Positions 46,903 through 59,290 of a stretch of DNA of 64,000 nucleotides are shown here, in pieces. The notes under the pieces are model-generated. The model did not search any database, was not told the DNA's origin, and saw only the letters and a program-made list of their open reading frames with translations. The DNA comes from Entomortierella parvispora E1425. Lineage: Eukaryota; Fungi; Mortierellomycota. A program made the position numbers and the translations under genes. Numbering within the stretch: position 1 is the stretch's first letter; the number at the start of each line of letters is the position of its first letter. The stretch covers positions 2,728,001 through 2,792,000 of the forward strand of contig BQFW01000008.1 in NCBI GenBank assembly GCA_020891255.1. Reading direction: 5' to 3'.

Positions 46903-47480
46903 TCCAACGATCTTTGCAACCACCCCGGCGCCAACGGTGATGTCGCCATCACGAACAGCAAAACCGCGAATCCACCTCCATGTAAATAAGATTGTCCAAG
47001 TCGCCATCGAAACCGTCTGGAAGCTGGATCGCGCCTCTCAATTCGATTGTACCAAAAGTAGAAACGTGGTCTATAGTTTGTCGAGAAGGACGTGGAACGT
47101 CCACCTTCCTCTGTCCCCAAGAGATACATCTCCGAAGTGAATGTCGAGTACGTCTTCACGGATCCCAGTGTCGCCAAGACTTGGCGTCAGACAACGTCCT
47201 CCGACTTGACGCCCGTTCAATACAACTCTCAGATAACCGCCCGCTCCACGGTGCACCGCCGACTGTTCCAAATGTGTGGATGTTGAAGCAGACCGAGTTC
47301 TGGGTGGATATGAATCAAGCTACCTCCACAGCCGATACAGACGATACCATGGTTTACAGTGCCGACGACAAGCTCCCCATGACCAGGCATGACAACGATG
47401 GACCTTCAGGAAAGACTTGCACGGGTACTTCATTTCTCTGTGTCTCTGGACCCATGGACAGATTTGGCAAATAAATACGT
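46903..47480 (-). pseudogene. tuf: Decayed EF-Tu (tuf) fragment, domains 2-3
   Basis: Across frames: [100 protein letters not shown]. These are colinear with EF-Tu [54 protein letters not shown]. Confidence 0.8.
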
Positions 47481-50400
47481 GCTAACTCCACTCGTCTATC
47501 TATGTTTAGGACAGGAAGACCTGAAACTTGCACCCCATGTAGCCACGCAGTGATACTCACTGAACGTAACATGAGTAAAGAAGACTGCAGGTGAATTTAC
47601 GAGGACGTTTTGCCTGAGCTGATCTTTGCATCGATATACGCGTTTTTTTTTGTTTTTTTTTTGGACGGTACACCCTAGACTCATCATGATTCATGATGAG
47701 TTTTCGTTTCGTTTCTCTTCAAGGGATCTATAAGGACCCCCATCGTACCTTTATTGACATGCACACAGGAGAGATGAAGGATGCCGAAGGAAAAAGGATA
47801 GTAGCCACAAAAAAAGTGCTCAATGCAAAAAAGCAAGGACAGGGAAAGACAGGGAAACGAGAAAGGGGAGAGACATACGACATGGTATGACTGAAGACAG
47901 GAAAGGAGAGGGAAGAGTTGCGAGACAACAGGGGACAGAAAGAGAAAGAGAAAAAGAATGGTTGCCGAGAGAAAATTGATCCTAGACAAAGTTCCAGTGA
48001 GTAAGAACTCAAGTTCTTGGTTCTTCGCAGCAAATTCAAAGGCGTGCTGAGTTTTTTTTTCTCATCAACTCTGTTTGCTGGAAGAAAAAGGACGTGGTCG
48101 CAGGCCTACTTCACATACCTACTATGAAGAATCAGAGTACGTCTTTGGAGATACCATCAGGGTTGCCATTGGTTGTAGAGTCGTTGGAAGTGGAGTTAGC
48201 AAGAACAAGGAAGGTGAAGCGATGGAAACATCAAGGCGATGGATGTATGGCGCGTCGTGCCCGTTTGGTGGCGACAGACTCAATCTGCACACGTGACTCA
48301 GTCATGCATACGCGCGTGTTGCGAGAGATCTAGCCTCTGCGGTGCAAGACCATTTCTCAGATCCTTCCAAAGTAAACCCGACTCTAGATGACACCAAACT
48401 AAACAGCAGCGGACCGTAACATGATTCGCTGGCCCCCTGCCCATGACCGTCTCTTGAAGATTCTTGGTAATTGTCATGCGCCACTGATAGAAAATACCCG
48501 TGTTAACACATGAACTTCTTTGAGTCAGGGCTCGGCTCGACTCGATGAGTCGACGCCATTAGATGATAATATACAGTCAATTCAAAAGTCTAAAAAAGAA
48601 GAAGGGCAATGCATACGTTCAATGTTGGTATTGGATGGCAAATATCCACAATCCTCTCGCACGTACATTTTGTAGCCTCAGAAAGTCAAGATAAACTGTC
48701 ACTCTTGTAATCAGATCAAACGCCTGTCCATAGAATGCGCGCGTGTTCTTGTGAGCAGCATTTTTTCTCCCTGGTCGCATCGATCGCGTTTCGACCTTTC
48801 CTCATTCACCCGTCGTCTCATAGACTAAACCCTTCCCCCCTGATCCTATATATCCTACAAACGGACAAACGGCGAAAACCGAGCTGACCAAAGAAAAGAG
48901 ATGCAGGTGGAGGCTAGTGCGCCATGTCAGAGGCGTCCCTGTAATCTGTGATGACTTTTTGTAAAGAGAAAAAAAAAAAAAAAAAGGCCTGGGAAAGTAG
49001 ACCCTGGAGGATTGGACATGTGCCCAGTGAATGTACAATGATTTCGCAACGTGTGCTCTTGATTCTTGGAGAGACGTCAAGATAATAACAGCTCTTTTCG
49101 TCAGCTGGAATGTGCTTTAGGACACAAAGAGGGGGTGAGGAGATCTCCGAGTCCGACTTTGGAAACGGGAAACGAAAAACAGTGTGGCACAGGCTCTATT
49201 GAAGACTCGGAAAGGTTAGAAAAGGCCTTCTGTTGCGCGCATAAGATCAAGATACAACTCCCCTCCTCTCCTTTCGACACCATGTGCCGAATCTGACTGG
49301 ACAGCAAAGGCGCGCAAAAAAACTGGTTTGATCCGTTTTTTCAAAGCCAGCCTCCGGGGAGAGCAAGGCGAGGTAGAATGCGGGGGGATCATCAGACAGG
49401 TTGAATGGAGGTACAGTAGTCTGTAACAAACTACAGTAGGTACAGTAAAACGTCAAGATGTGAATGGACTATGGGCAAGAAAAGGTCGCCCTTGGGAGCC
49501 CACACCTTCAGATTTCCACAACCAACAAAATTGCAGATCCTCGAGCACAGGCACAGGGCATGCTTAAACGACTGGACCAGGACGTTCGGAGAAAATGGGC
49601 GAAATCGACACCGCGCAGGTTCACCATGCCAGACGGACCAACGGAGAGCCAATAGATTTTCGTCTGTTTGCTCTCGGGTTGTCGTTACACAGCCTCAACA
49701 CAATCGAGGGTGTGATCTGTCTGTCTTTGGGTTGCATGGAGTCCAAAGCAATCCTTTGGTTTCTCCCTTCTCTCTCATTGTAGGCTTTAGAAAGGTGACC
49801 CCTTGATATATTTAATCAATGGTCAATCCCAATCCGACAAAATTGAATGGGATCGGCCAACATGAGCTTTGGAAATAGCATGCACCCCCTGCTCCCACAG
49901 GCAGGGAAAAGGCCAACTCTCCTTTCTCTCTGTGCCGCCCGCCCAACCGCTCTTTTTGTTTCGGTTGTCAATCATCACCAAGATCGATCGTACTTTTTTT
50001 TTCTTTGATCGATTGAAGAAAGATACTACTGTGGTTGTCTCACAGCCACTTGTTCACGTTGTTGGCGTCGGGGTCCAGGCGTAGTAGGGGGACATCAATG
50101 GCGCCATGGATGCATTGCAATTAACAGAATAAGCTCGGCTCAAGAAAGAGACATATGAGATGGAGATAGAGACCATATGGAAACGAGAAGAGCGATGTTG
50201 GTGAGTATGAAATATGAATAGGCGTGATGCTGATGAAGCTAATGATGCTGGCCGAGGCGCGAGGAGGGAGCAAGCCAGCCAGCCAGCCAGCCAAAAAAAA
50301 AAAATCTAGAGCTCTCGACTTTCACTACCGTTGCCGCCAATCACATCCCGTGCAGTGCGACCGTGACAGATTCTATGGTCCTACGTAGCCGCGCGTCTTT

Positions 50401-51200
50401 TGTTTATTTGCAGGAAGATCCTCTTCCAAGAGCACTTTCTTCGATGCATGTTCACCCGCACTCCTTGGCTCTTACCCTTCCTGCCCCCCTGTCCCATTCA
50501 ATCCCAATTCAAATTCAATTGACCACAAATTGGCCTGCCCTCGTCCGTCGACACTGGATATCTGCTGCCAGCCTGTCGTTGACTGGCTGGCTGATCGAGG
50601 CTGCGATCTGGTTGGCTGACGAACGCATCCTTCAGGAACGTGGATGGGGGTTGGCCCCCCTTGTCACCACTGTTCGCCTTTCCTTTCGCGTCCACCGGGA
50701 TGGAAATGGACCACAACAGTTGCAATCAACAACCAGACAAAGGAGGAGGGGGGGGGGTGACCATGCCCTTTTTATTCCCAACACTCATGAGAGGCTGTGG
50801 GCCACCCTTTTTCCACCTTCCCTTCCTCCCTTTGATCGACTTTTCTTCACCCTCACGCACTTTTTCTCTTCAATAGACACCTTTGCACTGAGACAACCCA
50901 CGCCAACAAACAAACACTGTCCAAGATACACTCTGCACCTTTGTCTCTTCTTCATCAAGCAAATTATCTCCCGCATCATCATCCTTATCTTCATCAGCAC
51001 CCTTGCGCACAACCCTGCACGTTCAGTTGCCCTGTCGTTAATATCCCATCCTTCCCTCCTTACACATCCACCACTCAACCTCTCTTTCTTTAATTCACCG
51101 CTGTCTTTTTTATTTGTTCACATCACTCCTCCCTCTCCCCTCAGTTACTCCTCGTCCCCTGACTCCCCCTTCCCCTCTGTGCTCGTCCACTCCACCCCTC

Positions 51201-54200
51201 ATGTCTTTTCACAGCCACAGCAGCCATGATGACCCAGGGCGTCAGCACCACGATACCGTCTCTTCCCCTCCTCCACCCACAAATGCCTATGTGCCTGCTT
51301 CAAAAACAGTTCTATCGCCAACTTTTTCTGCATCTATGGCCGCTTCTTTGGCTGCACAGCTCTCGGCCAAGAAAGCCTACATCCACCTCCCGTCAATACA
51401 AAAAGTCATCTCAAGCCATGCTTCCAAAGAAGAGTCTGAGAAGGACACGAATGCACCAGACTACGATCAGGCCATCACTAATATCCCAGCCCTGGACCCT
51501 CTTCCACCGCCGCCAGTCTATGACATTGTCAACTGCCCCACCTCCCAGACCCTTCTTCTGGTCTCCTCCCTCATCAACACAATCTTGTCCGTCAATGACC
51601 GGTTAGCCTGTCCAAAGATCACCTTGTTCCACTCCAGAGCCATTCCCAATATCTCCATAGAAGCCTACCTGACCCGCATTCTCCAATACGCACCCTTCCA
51701 AAATGAGGTGCTGCTCATCATTTTGCTCTATTTCGACAGAATTGGAGGCGGATGCAAACCTACTCAAGTCTTGACCAACACTATCCCAAAAGCCCTCTTG
51801 CGTCGAGCATCCATGACTGCCGAGGATGTGGAGCCAAAGACTAAAGTGGAGGACAATGACAACAGCAATGGCTACAAGGACGAGAAAAAGGTCCACCCCG
51901 AGGTCCCTGCAGAGAGCACTGCCATGGAAGAGGACGAGGAGGAGGACGAGGAGGAGCCCATACCGGATGAGATCTACACATCCTCGTCTGAGTCACCGGT
52001 GGGGTCCAAGTTGATCATTAACAGCTTCAACATCCATCGACTGTTGATTACCAGCATCCTTGTCGCCTCAAAGTTCTCGTCCGACGTCTTCTATCCTAAC
52101 GTTCGCTACGCCAGGGTAAGATTTCCTTCCAGCCTCTTCCTAATCACAATGCATTCCGAATCCATCCATCGATCCATCCATCCCGCGTGTTGCACAAGAA
52201 TGCTTTTCCTGCATCTGGACTGCTCCGTGCTTTGCCTACCTTGACCCTTATTTTTTTTGATCCCCCTCTAATGACCTTCACATCTTCTCCAGGTTGGTGG
52301 TTTGCCCTTGTCGGAGCTGAATCAACTAGAGCTCGAGTTTCTCTTCCTCTCCCAATTCGAGCTCAACACCACGGAGACAGAGTTGCAGAGTTATGGGAAC
52401 AAATTGTTGATGTACCACCAACGACTCAATGGAACGGAGCGTGCAACTGTGGATGCCATTACCCCAGGCAAAGGAGAGTACGTCCGGATTGTGGAAAAGA
52501 AACCAGTGGTCCTGGATAGCAAGCAGCTCGCCCACCACCATCCTCATCAGCAACATGACTCCATCCCCATCGCCTACGTGCCCACGGAACAGGTGGTCGT
52601 TACTCCCCGGTCTACCGAGTCAAAGGGGGTTGTGGTTCCAGGGCCCTACCGTGATAGTAGGGAGATCATCCCAGATGACGATGAAGTCATGTCGGAGAGA
52701 GCAGAGGACCATGTTGGATCGCCCACCCCCTCGGACTGGGGCAGTGGTCAGAGCACGCCTGTCATTCGATCCAAGCAATTGTCGACCACAAAGTACTCCA
52801 ACCAGAGATCCAACAAGATGAACCTCGACCACATGATCTGGCCTACGAATGAGATGGCGACCAAGTACACCCCCTCCCATTACAGCGGGATGGTCATGGA
52901 CGAAGATGCAGCCAGGATCGAAGCCGAGTTCAACAAAGCATCACCCCCACCAGAAGAGCAGAGCAGCGAACCCAATCCAAAGCGCAAGCTGCAGCGTCTG
53001 TCCTCAGGAGCTTTGGAGACAACCCCCTCCAAGCGTGTCAATGTCCTCAGCAGGATTAACACCGGTGTCGAGAAGGACACTAAGGACAAGGAGAAAGACA
53101 ACAAGGACAAGGAGAAGACGCCCACTTCGACCAACAACAAGAACATCTTGCGTCCTCTGTTGCGCAAGATTGCTTCTTTTGCTCACCGATCCGAGGCTCC
53201 TGCGGCAGCACCAGAACCCGAGAAACCAGAGCACCCAGCACTTCGATCCCATCCTTACTTGGTGCGCCATCGCATCTCACCAGACACGTCTAGCACCAAT
53301 TTGCAATCGGAGGATGGAAACGAGGAGATGAGGAGCCCAGTCACGCCAACGTCTTCGGAATCATGGCACCGTGATGGGTACTCTTCTCAGAGTCATAGCC
53401 AGGCCCGACCTTCATCGTTCCAGATGAAACCACCACCCCCACCCTACAGTGGACAGGACAACGTATATGACAGTCGGGACCGCGGAATGCGATCATCTAC
53501 TGGACCTATTGCTCCTGTGGGCCGTTACCGTCGCCAACATCGTTCTAGAGAGCCATCTCTGTCGTCGCTGGCTTCAGAACTGACGTTTGAGCCCACCAGG
53601 CCTTCACTTTCACCGATGCACGAGGAAGAGAACGCCATGGAGCGGACAACAGCACGTCATTCGGCGACGCTTGCTCCATTTTATTTCCCACCTCGACCCC
53701 AGTCTATCCAAAGAGCGTATTCCTCTGAGGAACCTATGCACAACGATCCCTCTGGCAGCCGTATGTTCTCGACCCCACCTGCAACACCAGTCAGCCGCAA
53801 TGCTCATGGTACGCCAGGTGCTCAAGACGATCAAAGTCGGCCATCCACAAACATGCAGGTCGGAACACCTGCTCCTTCCACGGTGGCCTCTCCATCTTCC
53901 GCCGTGGACGAGGATGCCATGCACTGCGATGAGGACATGCCTTTGAGCAGGATACCATCCAAGAAGGCCGTTTTCTCGGAACCCTTGTCAGCTGTCCGGC
54001 CGGGTGCACCTCGGGCGATTCCTGAGGATGCTGGTGAGACTTCATCCAGCAGAGGTGCAGTGGAAAGGGTAGGATCAGGTGCAGGCGCATCTTCAACGTC
54101 GTCATCGTTATCCTCCAACACTGCCACCAGACATCGCGAAGAGACAGAATCAACATCTGGTAGGCATTGGACAACGAGACATGCGCCTGCACCATCATCC

Positions 54201-55163
54201 CATCCTTATCCTCCTCATCCTGCTGGTCAATATCCTCACATCCAATACGTTGCCTCCTACCCTCCTGCTCCTTCCCACTCGGCTCCGATCCAGTTGAAGG
54301 TCGAGTCACCTCGATCGGGAATGTCACCCTACCCTCCAAACACACAGGTCACCCCGATGTGGAGCAGCAACAACTCGACACCTCGACCCGCGACTCCCAT
54401 GCCCGGAAGCAACCACAGCAAGATCCAGAGCGCTCCGATCCAGGCGGTTCCAGCGGCTCGATCGAGTCGTCAGTTCGCGCCCATTCGACCGAGGACCGTC
54501 CAGGCCACAACGGAAGACGAGCAAAAAGAGCAAGGAGCCCCAGCGACTACTGAGGTGACCTCTCCTTCTGCCGCCACCGCTCCAATGACGAGCAGCAGGC
54601 GCAAGAAGTTGTCGGCCGAGGCAGCAAAGGCTCAGCAATTACAACAGCTAAAGCAGCAGCAGTTGCGACCCTTGATGCCCACGGTCATGGCCTCGTCATC
54701 TGCAGTGGCCTCTCCTTCAACTACGACGACTGTTGCCGCAGCCCCTCCACCATATCGACCCTCGTTTGTGACATATCCCTCTCCATATACCCATCATCCT
54801 GGTCTTACTGTCATCCCTGGCCCCACTCCCAATGGCGCCCCTGTGCCACCGCCCATGATCATGGCGGTGGATTACTCCCATCCTGGAGCGGCACAATTCC
54901 TGGCAGCAGCTCCTGGTTACCATCCCGGCGGTGTTCACTCACATTTGCAGTCGGGTCGTCACCTTGTTCATGTGCAGCACCCTCCTGGCACGGCTCCGGC
55001 TCGACTCTTTATACCCATCATCCCCGTCATGTACAACAATAATGTGGCTGGTGTCAGACCACCGGTACTGTCCCCAACGGCTTCACTGCCCTCTCCTGGC
55101 AGCAAGTCAGCTGGCAAGTCTTCTGCGCCGGCCAGGATTGCCCCTAGGCTGCATCGGCCATAA
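51201..55163 (+). CDS. PHO80/PCL-like cyclin with long disordered C-terminal tail (join 51201-52115, 52293-55163)
   Basis: FHSRAIPNISIEAYLTRILQY, NIHRLLITSILVASKFSSDVFYPNVRYAR-VGGLPLSELNQLELEFL. Confidence 0.85.
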
Positions 55164-55753
55164 AAAAAAAAGAAAAAATCCAAAAAAAAGAGGGATTTTT
55201 CTTCTCCGCCCCGTTGTTGTTCCTCCAGTCTCTTTCTTTCCCCCCTCTTTCTGATGTTTCCTAATGTCTCTCTCTCTACCCTTTGATGATCCTCAACGAC
55301 CTTTTTCCCTTTTCCTCAACGACAGCACCCTTCATGAAATGGATTCATCAAAGAATTGTACCATAGCTCTTTCAATAAACACACACACACACTCCCAAAC
55401 AAAGAACGCAAACAACACAACAGACACCCAAAAAAGACGCGTTTCTGCTCAAAAACGATTTTTTTATTTTTTGGTCCAAATCCAAAAAATGGGTCTCTCC
55501 CCCCAAAAAAGACGCGCTTTGTTTTCCATGTGGCCCCTTAAGTCGCACTCTTTTCTCCCTCCCAGTGTTGTTTTCGCCAGAGAGAGGGGAAAAAAGTGCC
55601 CGCGCTTTTTTTTTTCGCTTCTGGGGTCCCTTCGAGTTTTATCTTTTCTTTTTGAACAATCCATCACGCCGCCCGTTTTTTATTCATTCCATCACCAGGA
55701 ACACAATCACATCCACCCTCTTAAGCAGACAACCGCCGCAGGACAACACAACC

Positions 55754-58624
55754 ATGGGTCAAGTTCAGAGCAGACAGGATGAGCATTACTTCAAGCTCGA
55801 TGGCACAGACAAGGACGCGCTTCTCAAGCGCTACACTGGTGAGTTGGACCAACAGCGTGGCGACTCTATCGCTCTCGTCTCTCTCTCGTTTTTATTTTTT
55901 GGTGGAAAGCCACGTTTTTTTCTTTTTTCTTGGACGTGTTGTTGCCCTGGGTATCCGTCATGGACAACGGACAACAAACGGAAAGGAAACAATCAGGCAA
56001 CGAACAACACTCATGGACGCGAAACTTGTCTGACAATCAGGGGGGACCACAATCACGGACGGGTCAGGAGCACAAAGGAAACGCGACAATCAACACGTCC
56101 TCTTCATGTTGTGCTCTGTCCACTTTCATGGTGGAAGAGATGGAGGGAGGGAGGACTTGATTGGTTGATGGGTCGGTTGATTGGGCCGTCTGATTGATTG
56201 GTTGATTGTTTGCAGCGGGGCACTCAGTGGACATCAAGGAAACTCGGTTTGGACTCGGGCGTGGCCACACTAAAGAGTCATACCGCACTTGTTGTGGTCT
56301 CCCTCTGAGGAGAGAATGTGTGGACAGTCTGCCCTTTTTTCATCTCTGCTGTGGTAGCTTGAAACTAAGCGTTTCCTTTTGGTTATTTTAGAGCTTGCTT
56401 CATCCGCCCGTGGCGGCAAGGTCCTCGAGACCTCTGACGAGCTCTTTGGCGAGGGATTCCATTTGATCAAGGAGGGTCCTGCTATCGAGGACAAGAACAG
56501 GGAGACTGCCAATGGCTTCTGGAAGGTAATGCAAAAAGGGGGGAGCCATTTTTTTTTGTTCTATGCTTGTCCTTCACCGTGAGGAGGAATTAGGGGAGCC
56601 GGGGGAAATCGACTCCACATTCAAAAAAAAAAAGAACCCGGCCCCGCCGTCATGCAAAAGAAAAACCCAAATTTTGGAAACGGAAAAGGTTGTTATTCAC
56701 CCGTGGTGCATTTTCTTTCTTTTCTTTTGTCCTTTGACAACGACTTGTCGACTGTCTTGAACCGCCATGATTTTTTTATAACGGCTTTTGGCGCTTGTCT
56801 GCCGCAGGACGGATGGGAGACCAGGTAAAGATAATGATTTGAATACTGGAAAAAGAGAGCAGAACTGATGGCAATTGCTCTTTTGCGCCTGCTCAAGAAA
56901 ATGAACTGTGCTAACATGACCTCTTTGTTTTTCTCTCAATCCCTCTATCTCTTGCTGGCTTCCTACGACTATTCCCTCTGTCAAAACCCTCGGTATTACC
57001 CTTCAACTGATATTAACGACAAATCAACAGGAGACACAACAAGGACTCGCACCACACCGCCATTATTCAATTGGCTGCCCCTGGAACCATTGCTGGATTC
57101 GATGTTGACACCTCTTTCTTTGACGGAAGCCACCCCGCCTACGCCTCGATTGAGGGTGCCATCATCATTGAGGGCGTCAAGGAGAAGTACGAGGTAAGGA
57201 ATCCTGGCGCTAAGATATAAACGGCCAGCATGCAGGGTCCAAATTCCTAACTTTTCCCCGTTGGATCCTACATTTTCTTTTTCGTCCAAAAAAAAAAATA
57301 GTGGAAGGAAATCTTGCCCAAGATCAAGTTGAACGGAAACTCGCACCATATTTATGGACTCAAGGCATCGGATGATGTCTATACCCATGTCCGTTTGAAC
57401 ATGTACCCCGACGGTGGAATTGTAAGTATTCGGGGGCGAGTTAATACTCAAGAGTACATCTCATTTTCGTGAACCCGGTAACAAAGTATATTGACCACGG
57501 ATCTGCTTTCTAGGCCCGCCTTCGTGTTTTCGGAAATGTCTCACCCATCTTCCCCGAGGAGAAGGCTGTTTTCAACTTGTCTTGCCTCTCCAGCGGCGCC
57601 CGTGTCATCAAGACTAGCGATGACCGTTACGGAAAGCCCTCGAACCTCATTCTCCCCACCAAGGGTGCCAACACCCGTGACGGATGGCAGACTCGCCGCT
57701 CTCGCAAGGAGGGCCATCACGACTGGGTCGAGATCAAGTTGGGCGCTGCTGGACTCTTGGAGACTTTGGAGGTCGACACCACCCATTTCCGTGGTAACAA
57801 CCCCGACTTTATTAGCTTGGATGCTTGCACCAGCGAATATGTAAGTTTTTAAAGGTTGATCTTTGTAACAAATGAATCAGTTTTGTCCGCTGTCATATCG
57901 GGCTGCGGAAGAAAACTAGAAGCATTTTGTGCTAACAAGGGTTTTTCATTATTTTTATTATTAGAACGATGTCCAATTCGACCCTGAGGTCAAATGGACT
58001 CAGCTGTTGTCCAAGACCGAGATCGAGGCTGACAAGAAGAACATTTTCAGCATTGCGACCGGTGAAGTCAGCTATACCCACGTCCGCCTGAACATCTTCC
58101 CTGACGGTGGCATCTCCCGTGTCCGTGTCTTTGGTGTCCGCGTTCCCGAGCCCATTGCTGAGACTGTCGTGGCTGAGGAGACTGTTGTGGATGAGTTGAA
58201 GGTGGTCGAGACTGAAAAGGAGAACAAGGAGGATGCTGTCGTTGTTGCTGTTGAGAAGGATGAGATTGTGGCTGTCAAGGAGACCATCACCACTACCACC
58301 ACTGCAGCCAAGAAGGGATCCAAGAAGGCTACGACGGCGACCGTTCAGCTCACGACCGATATCTCCTCCGTGGAGACCCTTGTGGGCGATGAGATCGCTG
58401 CTGACGTCAAGGACGAGACTGCCACCACCAAGAAGACTGCTGCCAAGCGTGGACGTCCCAGCACCAAGGGCGCTGCAACGGCTGCTGTGGCTGCCACCAA
58501 GTTGGCTGCTGGAGGAAAGAAGAAGGCCAAGGGTCGCTCTGCCAGTGTCTTGGATGAGGAGGATGAGGCTTCTTCTGAGGTTGCTGTTTCTTCTTCACCT
58601 CGCAGCAAGAAGGCTCGCGAGTAA
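55754..58624 (+). CDS. DAL2: Allantoicase, multi-exon, with low-complexity C-terminal extension
   Basis: Two allantoicase repeats: SDELFG, DGWETR (17-nt exon 56808-56824), GFDVDTSFFDG, HVRLNMYPDGGI; DGWQTRRSR..HDWVEIKLG, VDTTHFRGNNP, HVRLNIFPDGGISRVRVFG. Confidence 0.92.
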
Positions 58625-59290
58625 AGGAGAACGAAAAACAAATACGACAAAGGAGGGATATATACGTTGAACGTTGAAGGGTTTCTGGGATGAACACAAT
58701 AAGATAATAAACCATTAGTCAATTTTTATGATGAACAGAAAAGTGGGGGTCCCTTGTTCATCGAACTCTTTTTCGGGCTGCTACCCTTTTCGTGTCTTGT
58801 TAGCAGAGAGGGGGAGTGATCTTGCTTCTTGGGGTGTCATCATCATCATGGTCTTTCCTGCAACTTACTTCTGAAGACGGTAGGCTGTCCTGCAGCTTTC
58901 TTCGCATTCGGAGCGAAAAAAAAAAAAAAAAAAAAAAAAAATCTCGAAATTGTTGAATTGCTGCAGTGCCATGGGATCACCCCCTGGTGTCTCCGCAAAG
59001 TCGCCCTGTCCATCCCACGGTCCCCTGTTGAGTAGTTTGGTCGGCTTGGACTTGGGGATCATTTGCCTTGAAGAGGAACTCTCCACAGTATCGATTTAAA
59101 GTCATTTTTTTGAATATCATGGTACGATGGCGCACCCACACTGTCATATCCAGCACACGTATCGCCAAAAAAAAAAAAAAAAAAAAGGATCACGTGCACA
59201 GCACGCGCCGCTTCGCACGCACAGTGCACACACATGCATGCATTGACTTCATGTCGGCGTCATTCTTTCTTTTGTTATTTCCCATTGACA

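Noticed and set aside
47600-50300. Additional bacterial operon remnants or hidden genes next to the EF-Tu relic
   Set aside because: I found no recognisable fusA, rpsJ, secE or tRNA signal; short ORFs such as 48075-48296 and 49464-49655 have no convincing motifs.
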